NCBI RefSeq assembly: GCF_001194135.2
Contig: NC_069002.1
Span: forward strand, 359,059-419,758
DNA length: 60,700 nucleotides
Source of the DNA: Octopus bimaculoides
Lineage: Eukaryota
Direction: 5' to 3'
Shown here: positions 1 through 11,780 of the stretch, piece after piece
Layout: every line of letters begins with the position of its first letter
How positions within the stretch are numbered: the stretch's first letter is position 1
Program-made: the position numbers and the translations under genes
Notes under the pieces: generated by a model
Database searches by the model: none
What the model was told of the DNA's origin: nothing
Seen by the model: the letters and a program-made list of their open reading frames with translations, nothing else

Positions 1-76
1 TAATGAAGCTGGTGCGTAATTGATAATTAGAAGGTAACTGAACCGGCCCGTCCACCCACTTTTCCTTCCCCCCCAC

Positions 77-113
<37 letters not shown>

Positions 114-387
114 TATAATATCCATTTCCCCATATTTGCGTGAGCTGAGCAGAATCTGCTGCCAGTTGTCCTTCCTGTTCTCCATGGCAGGTTGATGTAA
201 TCAACTCCCCCCCTCCCACTGAAACCAGTATTTCTTCATGGCCAGACATGTTTACACGGAAGACTGGAAATGGGCAACGTTGCTTGTAGGGTGGTGACAC
301 TTGTTTACGACTTTCACATAATCTCAAAAGAAGGGGACACAACACCTGCACACAACAAAACACTCCCATGCAGACACACATACATAC

Positions 388-625
388 ATCATTATCAGCA
401 TTTAACGTCCGTTTTTCCATGCTGGTATGGGTTGGACAGCTTCACGGGAACTGGCAAAGCCAGGGTCCATGCCTGGTCCCATAGTCTGTTTTGGCTTGGT
501 TTCTATGGTGGGATGCCTTTCCTAATTAAATAAACCACTCCACAGAATGTGCTCGGTGCATTTTATGTGGCACCAGCATCCACACCAATGCTTTTTACCC
601 AGCCCCTTGGTTTTAGGATCTCTTC
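388..625 (-). mobile_element. Interspersed SINE-like repeat with (GAT)n tail and gtggcaccagc motif (family C)
   Basis: Shares catttaacgtcc.ttttccatgctgg.atgggtt with the copies at about 1520-1880 and 7315-7600. Confidence 0.75.
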
Positions 626-631
626 ATCGCC

Positions 632-775
632 GTTATCATCATAATTTCATGTCTGTTTTCCATGCTGGCATGGGTTGGACAAAAAGTTACCAGTAGGTGG
701 CTACAGGGAATTGAAACCTGTACCTCTCAGATACTGGCTGGGTGCTCTGTACCATTAAGTTAAGTGATTCCAACA
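632..775 (-). mobile_element. Short tRNA-headed SINE ending in the family C tail
   Basis: On the minus strand: A-box-like ttaacttaatgg, B-box-like ggtttcaattccc, then ccaacccatgccagcatggaaaac and an ATG-rich tail. Confidence 0.6.
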
Positions 776-1237
776 TCTGAATGAATATATATATATATAT
801 ATATATATATCACTTTGTAAATATATATATATATATACATATATATATTGTACATTTGACGAAAGCCACTGCCAAAGCATTGGCCAGTCTGGAGCTGTGA
901 CAGGGGATGCTTAACCTAATTTTCTGAGTTAACTGAAATACAGAGACAGTGGCATATTTCATTGAAAATGTGGTCAAGAAAAGGCCTAAACATAAACAAA
1001 TGGGATGGTCACTGTTTGAACAGATTTGGGTATAGGTCTACTTGGTCAAGGCTGAGCAGGGGCTAAACAAGAAACCAAATGTAGATCAATATTGAAAATC
1101 TGGGATCCTGTTATGGAATTTAAGTATGAAATAATGTCTCTGTACCACCCTAGCTTCTTGTCTTGTGTGGGAAAGGGATGAAGGCCTCAAGTCAGTGCTA
1201 AATGTGTAATGTTTATTCTGTCTTTTGACTTTAACAG

Positions 1238-1330
1238 GCCATCAATGACACAAGGAGTGATGTTGAGTGGTTGACATCAGCAAGCTCTCCTCTAATTAAC
1301 CTTGATGTAACTCACAGTCAAGATGAAAAG
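1238..1330 (+). CDS. EXD2: Probable internal EXD2 exon (linker, AINDTRSDVEWLTSASSPLINLDVTHSQDEK)
   Basis: Acceptor tcttttgactttaacag| and donor AAG|gttaga. The exon is 93 nt and only the phase-0 frame is open. It joins in frame to the phase-0 exon at 3110. No recognisable conserved motif, so the assignment rests on splice logic. Confidence 0.6.
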
Positions 1331-1517
1331 GTTAGATCTTTCAATTCCAGCTGCAATCCATCTGATGGACTTCCATACCATTTGCATCTTCCTAGTTAAG
1401 AATTGAATTGATCTGAGGCTGGGGTAGAAGACACTTTGCCTGAGAGGCTGTGTATTAGGATTGAACATGGAAGCCTCATGTTTGCAAAGGGAACTTCTGA
1501 ACTCCTTCCCAACACCT

Positions 1518-1536
1518 TCATCAGCATCACCATCAC

Positions 1537-1570
<34 letters not shown>

Positions 1571-1880
1571 TTCATCTTCATTTAACGTCCATTTTCCATG
1601 CTGGCATGGGTTGAATGGTCTGACAGGACTGGCAAGCCAGAGGACTACACCAGGAGGCTCCACTTGTCTGTTTTGGCAGCATATGGTTTCTGTGGCTCCA
1701 ATGCCCTTCCTAACCCCAACCCCTTTACAGAGTGTGGACTTGGTGTCTTTTACGTGGCACCAGCACAGGTGCTTTATATGTGGCACCATCATAAGTGCCT
1801 TTCATGTGGCACCAGCATGGGTGCAGTGTGGCACTGGCAGAAGTGCTTTTTACATGACAACAAAATGGCTGCTTTTCATG
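1518..1880 (-). mobile_element. Family C repeat with a long (CAT)n tail
   Basis: Same tail and internal gtggcaccagca repeats as 388-625. Confidence 0.75.
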
Positions 1881-2593
1881 TGATAGCAGCATGGTGAGAA
1901 ATATGTTGGTAGAATTGGAGGAGGAAGGACAAATGACTTCTATTACGGCCTTAAAGTAACCAATTGACCGAGTATTGAATAGATTGTTTTATGGCAATTG
2001 TTCCAGTCCTCGGCACTTGGAGTTCAAATCACACTAAGGCTGACTTTGCTGTTTATCCTTTTGGGCTTCATAAATACCAGTTCTGTACTGGGGTCGATTT
2101 CCTTCCTTCCTTCCTTCCTTCCTTTCCCCTCCCTCTTGTTCTTCTATCCCTTTACTTTCCTTCCTCACTTACTTCCCTTGCACCTTTTTTCTCTCCCCCT
2201 CCCTCTCATTCTTTAGTCCTACTGATTCCTTTCTCCTTCTCTCCTATTCCTTAGTCCCTCTACCCTCTTCAACTCCTACCCTCTCCTACCACGTGATCGC
2301 TGTCTGGTTAAGGCATTGCCATCTTGTTCCAACCAGCTGCCCTTCAAGGCTGGTCACGCCCCTCTGTCCTCCCACCTGGTCTGTTATGATTTGCCATTTT
2401 ACCATTTCCCCTTTGTGCCAAGCTTACCATTCTTGTCTGATGGTCGAAAGACCCTTCTTGTTATGTATTATTATTATGTATGGCCATGTATTCTAATGAA
2501 GGCAATTGATCCCTGGAATATGACTGGTACTTATTTTATTAAGCCTTGAAAAATGAGAAGCAAACCTCCTCCAGATTCTGTTTGGGATTTTAC

Positions 2594-2981
2594 CTTTTAT
2601 CTTTTACTTGTTTCAGTCATTAGACTGTGGTCATGCTGGGGCACTGCCTTCATGAATTTTTAGTTGAATGAATTGACCCGAGGACTATTTTTAAAGCCTG
2701 TTCTGTCAATCTCTTTTGCCAAACTGCTAAGATATGGGGATATAAACACACCAACACCGGTTGTCAAGTGGTGGTGGGGGACAAAGAGAAACACAATGAC
2801 ACACACACACACATGATGGGCTTCTTTCAGTTTCCGTCTCCCAAATCCACTCACAAAGTTTTGGTTGGCCTGAGGCTTATAGTAGAAGACACATGCCCAA
2901 GGTGCCATAAATTGGTGGGACTGAACCCGGAACCATGTGGTTGTGAAGCAAGCTTCTTGCAACACAGCCATGCCTGCGCCT
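2594..2981 (-). mobile_element. Near full-length tRNA-derived SINE (family B, CORE-like ccttgggcaagtgtc segment)
   Basis: Minus-strand A box tggctgtgttg and B box gggttcagtccc. It aligns by eye along its whole length with 33640-34073. Confidence 0.85.
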
Positions 2982-3109
2982 ATGTTGAAGAATAAAACGT
3001 AAAGAATTTAATCAGCCATTGTTTGACTGACATATTTTTTCTTTTAAAAAAATGGAATTATTTCACAATAAATCTTAATTTTTTTTTAATCTCTTAATCT
3101 GTTGTTTAG

Positions 3110-3287
3110 CCTCAAGACAAATCTGCTTTCAAGAAAAAGGACAGTCTCAGAGCTCACAGCCTCAGAGCTTACAACCTGCGTCGCAATCCACTTTATGACA
3201 ACTGCCAGCTTCTGGCACCCGACAACCAAATATTGTGTACCTGTGATTCCCGTAAAGCTAAATGGTACCTTCACAAAGGACTTGGAG
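3110..3287 (+). CDS. EXD2: EXD2 exon (PQDKSAF...RRNPLYDNCQLLAPDNQILCTCDSRKAKWYLHKGLG)
   Basis: ttgtttag| and G|gttggt; 178 nt, phase 0 to 1. Matches the EXD2 motif RKSPLYDNCFLHAPDGQPLCTCDRRKAQWYLDKGIG (human, recalled). Confidence 0.95.
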
Positions 3288-3465
3288 GTTGGTGATTATT
3301 CTTCTTTAAAAAGGTGGGAGGAAGGGACGAATGTGTTTAACGGTCACTGCAGTAATGATAGTGTTGTTGGTGTTCTGAGCATGACCATCTTGTCTTATGG
3401 TGGTTTGGAAGTCAGTTTGGCTGCTGTTTCTAGCAGGTTGGGCAGCAATATACATGATTTCTCAG

Positions 3466-3698
3466 TTAACCCTTTAACGTTCACTTTATTCTGTCAAATG
3501 TAACATTTATTTATTTATTCACATTGTTTTGAATTAATCATTGCGTTATTTTGTAACTTTGGGAGTTTGATGAGGTAACTGTTAATTTTTGGACTGATAA
3601 TGTAGGTTTGGTGTGAGAGGCCAGATCTGGCCATTTGGAATATAAAACAGGAAGAACATTTAGGCTGGACATGGCTGGTTGAAATTCTAAAGGCTTAA
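3466..3698. mobile_element. TTAA-flanked non-autonomous DNA transposon (piggyBac/Kolobok-like MITE) in an EXD2 intron
   Basis: Ends TTAA-CCCTTTA and TAAAGGC-TTAA: short imperfect TIRs with TTAA on both sides. Confidence 0.6.
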
Positions 3699-4090
3699 TA
3701 CCAACGTCCATATACTGTATATGTCTATCTAGTGAACATCAACACACCGTATCAAGTTAATATAGTTAAAAATCTATGCGTTGTGTATGTCAAAAATAAC
3801 ATCTGTTCACTGTTTGTTCAATGAACCCAACATGTACACACTGCGTCTGTCTGTTCAGTTCACACACATGCTTCATATGAATCTGCCATGTCATATTCCT
3901 ACCTTGTGTGTCTGTTGGTCAGTCTGGTCAGCATCTAAATTCTATGTCTTTTGATTTATCTTCTCAACATCCACACACACTGTGTCTGTCTGTCTGTCTG
4001 AATCTCTTCAGTCAATATCAACATAACTCAACCTGCCATAGGTAAAAGGTCGAGTGAGCCATTCCAGTTATTTTATTTTTTTTTTTCCAG

Positions 4091-4256
4091 AACTGGTCAG
4101 TGAGAATCCTTTGGTCATCCGGCTGAACTTTGAACCCTCTGGGAGGCCACTCAACGATGAAGGTTATTATCAACAGGAGAAGGAGAACATATGCGTTGTT
4201 TGTGGAAAACCAGAGAATTACCTCCGGAAGAATATCATTCCCCATGAGTATCGCAA
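4091..4256 (+). CDS. EXD2: EXD2 exon (ELVSENPLVIRLNFEPSGRP...CVVCGKPENYLRKNIIPHEYRK)
   Basis: ttttttccag| and AA|gtgagt; 166 nt, phase 1 to 2. Matches EXD2 ELVSEEPFVVKLRFEPAGRP...CVVCG...RKNVIPHEYRK. Confidence 0.97.
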
Positions 4257-4998
4257 GTGAGTAATCCACTCCATTATTATTACGCCTCCTCCCCTCCCCT
4301 CCCTNNNNNNNNNNNNNNNNNNNNNNNNNNNNNNNNNNNNNNNNNNNNNNNNNNNNNNNNNNNNNNNNNNNNNNNNNNNNNNNNNNNNNNNNNNNNNNNN
4401 NNNNNNNNNNNNNNNNNNNNNNNNNNNNNNNNNNNNNNNNNNNNNNNNNNNNNNNNNNNNNNNNNNNNNNNNNNNNNNNNNNNNNNNNNNNNNNNNNNNN
4501 NNNNNNNNNNNNNNNNNNNNNNNNNNNNNNNNNNNNNNNNNNNNNNNNNNNNNNNNNCCCTCCCTCTTCTCTCAGAATTTTCTTCAGGTCAAGTAGCCTA
4601 TCCCACTCAAAAGGTCCCTGAATAAGGTTTGTTTAAGGATGTTGAGCAAAACACCCATGTTTCCAAACGTGAATTATCCAAACCCCCAAAGATTTTCTCT
4701 CAACACATGGCCATGATGCTCCCCCACTACTTCTGCTCATGATCAGAGATGCACATATTGTCAGCCACTAAGAGACATTGCTCAACTGGTTAAGGTCAAA
4801 CAACTGACAAACAAATCTGTGGTATTGAGCAAAATATTTACTGTAGTCCATCTTTTAAACCAAAACAAAACAATGTGCATGATAACACTGTCTGGTACTG
4901 CATCAGAGCATTGTACAGCATCAGAGTATTATTGCTATTATTATTATTATTATTATTATTATTGTTATTATTGTTATTATTATTATTTCATTTTTTAG

Positions 4999-5196
4999 GT
5001 ATTTTCCTTCCATAATGAAAGACCATGTGTCACACGATATTCTCCTCATGTGTCCTACATGTCACCAGAAGGCCTGCCTCAGTGATGTCACTCTCCGGCA
5101 GAAACTGGCTGAGGAATGTGATGCCCCTTTGACCGCTGGTACTGTCAACAAATCTCTTATTGATGTCGACTTGGCTAAGATACGGTCAGCTGCTAA
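4999..5196 (+). CDS. EXD2: EXD2 exon (YFPSIMKDHVSHDILLMCPTCHQ...KIRSAAK)
   Basis: ttttttag| and AA|gtaagt; 198 nt, phase 2 to 2. Matches EXD2 HFPIEMKDHNSHDVLLLCTSCH. Confidence 0.97.
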
Positions 5197-5639
5197 GTAA
5201 GTACGTTTTGGCATTGGTGGTCATGGTTGGTGCTTCACACTTTCCTTTTCCTCCTGGTCAATCCTTTTCTGCTTGATGTATTATCAAAGGTTCTTCCAAC
5301 TGTGACCATCTTGCCTATTTCTGTCTTTTTTCTTTTGATCTTGTAGTCTTGGTAGTAGTGCACAACCCTCCCGATTTGAGTAAAGCACTTTCCATATAAA
5401 GGATAGATTGTATACTCCTAACATGGCTACAAGGTCAAACAAACTACCATGGCTACAAGGTAGAAATAGCAGCTGAATCTCCCTCAAAATCACATCCTGT
5501 TATTTCCGAAAAGATGAGACTACACTGAAGTATAATGTTGTCTGAAGTACACTATGTATGTGTATGTGTGTGTATATGTATGTACATACATGCATACATG
5601 TATGTATGTGTATGCATGTAAATATATGTGTGTGTGAGT

Positions 5640-5965
5640 GAGGGCATTTGGCTTAGTGGTTAGGGTATTCAGCTCATGATCCTTAGGTTGTGAGTTCAAT
5701 TTCTGGTAGTGTATTGTATCCTTGAGCAAGACACTCTATTTCATTTTATTGCTCCAGTCCACTCAGCTGGCAAAAATGAGTTGTACCTGTAATTCGAAAG
5801 GGGCCAGCCTTGTCACATTCTGTGTTGCATTGAATGACCATGAGAACTATGTAAAGGGTACACGTGTCTGTGGAGCATTCAGCCACTTGCACATTAATTC
5901 CAAGAGCAATCTGTTCTGTTGATTGGATCAGCTGGAACCCTTGTCATTGTAACTGACAAAGTGCC
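5640..5965 (+). mobile_element. tRNA-derived CORE-like SINE (family E) in an EXD2 intron
   Basis: A box tggcttagtgg, B box gagttcaat, then ccttgagcaagacact...ctccagtccactcagctg. Reverse copies lie at about 13440-13625 and 33285-33410. Confidence 0.8.
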
Positions 5966-6092
5966 AGTTTGATGCGTGCGTGCATGTGTGTGTGTGTGTG
6001 TGCGTTTATTTGTGTGCATGCGTGTGTATGTGTTTGCATGTATGCATGTGTATATGAAATTCTGCTGACGTAACTCTATGAATATATTGCAG

Positions 6093-6224
6093 AGCGTTAA
6101 TGACAAAGAGTCACAAAATTCCTGACAATCGGCTAAAAGAGTTGCATGAATTCCTGAAGAGAAGTCTTGGAGTGGAGGAACTGACCGTAGATGTTCTAGA
6201 GAAATCGGTCAATATGGATGTCAA
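6093..6224 (+). CDS. EXD2: EXD2 exon (ALMTKSHKIPDNRLKELHEFLKRSLGVEELTVDVLEKSVNMDVK)
   Basis: ttgcag| and AA|gtaatt; 132 nt, phase 2 to 2, open frame. Positionally equivalent to human ALLNAESLPTQRKEELLQALREF. Confidence 0.9.
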
Positions 6225-6258
6225 GTAATTTTATTTTATTTGTTCATTTTGTGGACAC

Positions 6259-6296
<38 letters not shown>

Positions 6297-6506
6297 GAGA
6301 GAGAGAGTGAGAGAGACAGAGACACTGACACACACACACACACATGGATGCCCATCTAAACACATACAAGTCCTGTGCATGCCTGGCTACCATGTGTGTG
6401 TAAATGTATGTGTGTGTGCATGCACATGTGTATGCACGCAGGATAGATACATAGATATTTACATATATACATCCCTCTCACTGTATCCCTTTCTTTTGTT
6501 TTTAAG

Positions 6507-6771
6507 GATCAATAATCCTGATTACAGTCCGCATGGGCACCAGGTCATTGAATACATGAGACGGAAGAAGCAACTGCTAGAATTCCAGCTACGATGGCGC
6601 CAGCATTTCATCGATACAATGAAACCCGCTTATCTGCCGGTGAAATGGGCAGTGGATCACAACCATAAACATTTGGCCCCTCTTTTGGACGAAGAGATCC
6701 CGAAATTCACCAAAAAAATGTCCAAGGCAAAATCATCAAAGTCAAGTGCAAAATCAAAGTCTAAAAAATAA
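6507..6771 (+). CDS. EXD2: EXD2 terminal coding exon (INNPDYSPHGHQV...RWRQHFIDTMKPAYLPVKWAVDHNH...SKK*)
   Basis: ttttgtttttaag|; phase 2; TAA ends at 6771. Matches the EXD2 C-terminal RWRQHFLDSMQPKHLPQQWSVDHNH. Confidence 0.96.
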
Positions 6772-7043
6772 CTGCAACATAAGCCACAGCAACAAAGCCA
6801 TGACACGAACTGCATGAACACCACTTGGACTGCGATTAATCAGAAACATCTACAGTTACGCCATCAACTGTAACACTAACAGCAACAACAATGAGAACCA
6901 CATAATGGCAACAACATTTTCAGTGCAGCTACAATATCTTAGTTCCAACCACAAAGATACAAACCCACTGCTGACCCCATCATTGTGACCACCACCACCA
7001 CCACCACCATAAATGCCTTCATCAAAGAATGTAAGCAACTAGA

Positions 7044-7073
<30 letters not shown>

Positions 7074-7079
<6 letters not shown>
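7074..7079 (+). promoter_or_regulatory. Candidate EXD2 polyadenylation signal
   Basis: AATAAA formed at the end of an (AAT)n tract about 300 nt after the stop codon. No transcript evidence. Confidence 0.25.
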
Positions 7080-7080
<1 letters not shown>

Positions 7081-7314
7081 GGCAAAAATTAACTGAAAGA
7101 TTTCGTTCAGAAAAATATTCTTTGTGATTTTTAAGATTTTGTTCATTTGAAATGGTTTTGAATTATGTTTGCCAACCATGTGGTTTTGAGTTCAATCTCA
7201 CTGTATCACTGTATTGGATCTGGGGCAAGTGTCTTTTTCTATAGCCATTGGCTGACCAAATCATTGAAAAAAAAGCTTGTCATATATCTATCTGTGTCTG
7301 TGTGTGTGTGTGGT

Positions 7315-7592
7315 CATCATCATCATCATCATCATCATTTAACGTCTGCTTTCCGTGCTGGCATGGGTTAGACAGTTTGACTGGAGATGGTCAGCTGGAG
7401 AGCTGCACCAGGTCCCAGTCTGATCTGGTAAGGTTTCTACGGCCGGATGCTCTTTGTAATGCCAATCACTCTGAGCGAGTGTCATGGGTGCTTTTTATGT
7501 GCCACCGACACAGGTGTGCCATTTACATGGCACTGGCAACAGCAATGACTTTGATTTCCCTCAGCTTGGTGAGTCTTATCAAGCACAGCATG
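7315..7592 (-). mobile_element. Family C repeat
   Basis: catcatcatttaacgtctgctttccgtgctggcatgggtt plus cttttatgtgccacc. Confidence 0.7.
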
Positions 7593-7748
7593 TTCTTTTC
7601 TACTCTAGGCACAAGGCCTGAAATTTTTGGGGAGTGGGCCTGTCAATTAGATTGCACCCCAGTACGCAACTGGTACTTAATTTATCGACCCTGAAAGGAT
7701 GAAAGGCAAAGTCAACCTCGGCGGAATTTGAACTCAGAACGTAAAGAC
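7593..7748 (-). mobile_element. tRNA-derived SINE family A (partial)
   Basis: Reverse complement of ttctgagttcaaattccgccgaggt.gactttgcctttcatcc..ggtcgataaa..aagtaccag. Confidence 0.8.
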
Positions 7749-7938
7749 TTCGCAGTTGAATGAATGGAAGAAAAGGAGGGACGTCTTCGGCTGTGAGAGG
7801 GGCTGCTGCAAGAAGGGCCCCCCCTCCAATGCAACAAAAACTGTGCACATGAACAGGTATGAAACTGGTAAAAACTGGTTTGAACAAAAACTTACACAGC
7901 GTGGTCAAAAACACGTTGGATGTATTCCACAGCGTATA

Positions 7939-7983
<45 letters not shown>

Positions 7984-9240
7984 TTTAATGACTTCTTTTA
8001 TTGATCACAAGGGCCCAAGACATGAAGGACAATATCAAAGTACGAATTACAAAAAAACAAAAACGGGTGGGGTTTTCATCGATCAAAGGTAAACGTTACC
8101 ACATTAAAGGGTTATAACAAAGGATATATAAATAACAATTAGAGAAATAAATAATTAATAAGTAAATAAATAATTAGAATCCCCAATAGCGGACAGTCCA
8201 TTTAGAATAATCCGGGCTAAACCCTGCGCAAAATCCTGGATTACTCTGCCATCCTCAAAGCATTGGAAAAGTGCCGTCTTTCAGTTTCTTTTCGGTCCAT
8301 TCAGCGTCTCCAGTCTTAATAATGAAATTAATAATTATACTCTTGTTTCTGTATTGAGTTCTTTCACTTGGAACACAGAGAAATGTATGTTTTAAATGAT
8401 ATTACTGCATACACACACATATATACACACATACACGCACTTAATGCATACTTAATGAGTAATTTTGTCTCTAACTTTCAATGGTGGCGGCGGGGGGAGG
8501 GTTTTTGTTTTGTTTACATTGTTGTCATTGGTTGTTGCTGTTGTTGTTGTTATTTTTGTGTTCTTATTTGCACAACAATTATCAGAACTTCGTAAAAGCC
8601 ATGGAATGGGAAGGAGAGGGTGTAGGAGGGAAATGTGTGTTTATGTCGGGGTGGTGTGGTGGTGTTGATGTAGAGAAATGTAGCCTTAGAAGAGGAGACC
8701 GAAGAGAGAGAGAGAGAGAGAGAGAGAGATATGATGGATCACGTGTCTAAACGGACCCTCTTTTTCTTGTGTTTTGCAGCAAAACTGAATTAAGAGTGGT
8801 TTGACGGACGATTCATCACCGGACTTTAACAAAACAAAAACAAATTACAATAATAGCTACTATTACTGCTACTACATAATTTACTTTTTAATCCTCCTCC
8901 TCCTCCTCCTGCTACCCACCAAGTCATCCCCACCCCGTAACATCCCTCCACCACCACCACCACCGCCACCTTTTCCAATTGTTTGTTTTGGTTAAATGTG
9001 AAAGAAGGCTGAATGGTTTGAGTGGTGTAGGTATGTGGTTAGCCATTCTGTAAAACACACACGCGCACGCGCACACCATCGGTCGTCTGCTTTTCTCCGC
9101 TCATCCAGCGTTGTCATCGTAGGTTCCGCAAGAACGAGCGATTTTGCTGGTTGCATTAATAATGCTGCTGCTGATGGTGGTGGTGATGGTGGTGATGGTC
9201 GTGAATGAAATGAAGTTTGATGATGATGATGATGATGATG

Positions 9241-9458
9241 CTTTCTATTGTAAGCACAAGGCCTGAAACTGTGGGGGGAGGGGGATGAGTCGTTTACAAC
9301 GACCCCAGTGTTCAACTAGTGCTTATTTTATCGATCTTGAGAGGATGAAAGGCAAAGTCGACTTCGGCAGAATTTGAACTCAGAAAGAGTCCAAGGCTTG
9401 AGCGATTACTGCAGAACAATCTATCCGACACTCTAAGCATTCCGCCAATTGGCTGCTT
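9241..9458 (-). mobile_element. Family A SINE
   Basis: Same diagnostic motifs (gatgaaaggcaaagtcgac, ggaatttgaactcagaa). Confidence 0.75.
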
Positions 9459-9684
9459 ATTATCCTTTCATACGCACGGATGCAAATGCGGAAATAGAAT
9501 CTCTCACCCTCACACGCATGCATATATCGATAGACATATATGTGTGCACACAAATGAACATATCTGCGTATGTATATGCTGATGCAAGCGTGCACATACA
9601 TAAAAAAAACATTACATTCATACATATATATACATACACAGAAATCCACACACAAGCGTGTGTGTATATATGTATGTATGTATG

Positions 9685-9719
<35 letters not shown>

Positions 9720-9725
9720 CACACG

Positions 9726-9770
<45 letters not shown>

Positions 9771-10245
9771 GTGTGTGTGTGTGTGTGAGTGTGAAAGCAT
9801 GCGTGCTTGTGTGCATGTGTGAGTGCGTGCATATATGCAATTTAAACCCAGACCGTCACATACATAGTTTCGTCCAATTAAGATCGACTGATGAAGGCCT
9901 ACGGAAATCAATTAGCGCAATGTATTGTGGGATACTCTGATAAAGCGCAAGTGTGATTGTTCACAGCTAAAGCCTGTTCTCCTCTAACCAATGACGCCGC
10001 TTCTTGTGTGCTTCAAGTACATATGGCTGCTTGGGTCCAGGTGTGTGAGTGTCTGTGTGTATAGATGCGCGTATGTATGTATGTATGTACATGTGTGTGT
10101 GTAGTAATTTCTGTTCTAGAAGTATATCAGCTTGATCTAAGTTGCGATTGTCTCCTGACGTGTGGTTGAGGTAATACACACACACGCGCGCGCATAGATC
10201 CACTATTACGAGTGTATTATGCACGCATACATGTCTTAAAAGTAA

Positions 10246-10297
<52 letters not shown>

Positions 10298-10342
10298 CGA
10301 TGTGTGTGTGTGAGTGAATGCAAAATGTACACACGCGTAACA

Positions 10343-10375
<33 letters not shown>

Positions 10376-11545
10376 CCACATAGACAAACATAAATAAACG
10401 TGCGTGCGTGCACACGCTCACGCACGCACGTATGCAATTAAGTGTGTAAACTTAACTATAAATGCATACATACTATGTACGTCTGAATACAAGTATTCGT
10501 ATGTGTGTGTGGCTGAGCATAATTTTTTTCATATCTTAGTTTAGTGGGTGGGGGTGGGGAGCGTTATCCCTGTCATTTGTTGGCTGAGCCAGACTGGTCA
10601 GACGAATTCCTGGAATGGTCAACTTCTGCATGTGTTATGTTATGTCTTGCAGGGGAATCCTTAGGTAGAACTGGAAACTCAGTTTGTTGACCTGGGTATA
10701 GAAGAGTAGTCAGGTTCGAAAGTTAATGGGGGCAAGAATATATATANNNNNNNNNNNNNNNNNNNNNNNNNNNNNNNNNNNNNNNNNNNNNNNNNNNNNN
10801 NNNNNNNNNNNNNNNNNNNNNNNNNNNNNNNNNNNNNNNNNNNNNNNNNNNNNNNNNNNNNNNNNNNNNNNNNNNNNNNNNNNNNNNNNNNNNNNNNNNN
10901 NNNNNNNNNNNNNNNNNNNNNNNNNNNNNNNNNNNNNNNNNNNNNNNNNNNNNNNNNNNNNNNNNNNNNNNNNNNNNNNNNNNNNNNNNNNNNNNNNNNN
11001 NNNNNNNNNNNNNNNNNNNNNNNNNNNNNNNNNNNNNNNNNNNNNNNNNNNNNNNNNNNNNNNNNNNNNNNNNNNNNNNNNNNNNNAGATCGGGTTAAGT
11101 GGTCACGGCTGTAAGGGTGGTGCCATGATGAGGGGCGGGTGGGCATTGAAGGGTATGTCATACAACTATCTTGCTCAGAGAAGTCGAGAAAGTTGGTGGG
11201 GGGGGGACTTTCTAAAAAGGGGAGATAATTTCACACAAGAGTTCTTGGCTGTTCCAACGCCTTCGCCATCGACCGCCGAAACACCGCAGCCATGTTGTTT
11301 TCTTTCAGAAGGTTCCGTTGTAACTTGTGATATGCAACCAATTTGCGCACTGAAGGTAAAAGTGATGTTTCTTTTCTTCTTTTTTCGTTCATATTTGTGT
11401 TTTCTTCGATTTTATATACATATATGTAATTTTAATGTCCAAGGATCCAGGTGTAGAAACTTACTAAGTTTCAAACATCCGTTCGATCGGTTTTTTTAAA
11501 GCAAACTAAGGCACAAAGTGATTTATTAAGCAGAAAGCGATTTAT

Positions 11546-11780
11546 TCAATCAGGGTTTCGTAGAAATATCTTCTTCCATTTCGTGGGTAGCTCCATTCTT
11601 CTCTGCCCAAAGAATCTCCTGTCGTTACCGGTGTAAAACTCTTCCAGGTAAATTTTTACACCATCTTCAGAGTTGAAGGTCTGTCCATTCAATGAATTCT
11701 GAAGAGACCGAAACAGCCAAACCCCAGTAACTTCTGCCACGTCTGGCGTTGTCGTCATGAAAAACAATACCCTTTTATAG
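11546..11780 (-). mobile_element. Mariner transposase C-terminal fragment (pseudogenised)
   Basis: IVFHDDNAR in one frame, then LFRSLQNSLNGQTFNSEDGVKIYLEEF...ELPTKWKK, the classic mariner C-terminus. The D-region motif is frameshifted. Confidence 0.85.

Noticed and set aside
3102-3503. 133-aa ORF overlapping the EXD2 exon
   Set aside because: Wrong frame. The real exon is the shifted frame 3110-3287.
5422-5461. Direct repeat catggctacaaggt x2 separated by 12 nt
   Set aside because: A small local duplication at a repeat boundary. It is too short an insert to be a TSD-flanked element.
5640-5720. tRNA-like A/B boxes here and in other SINE heads
   Set aside because: No complete cloverleaf or acceptor stem, and each continues into a repeated SINE body, so these are not tRNA genes.
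9888-9915. CTGATGA-AGGCCTACG-GAAATC hammerhead-like boxes
   Set aside because: Stem II cannot close before GAAA and there is no stem I.
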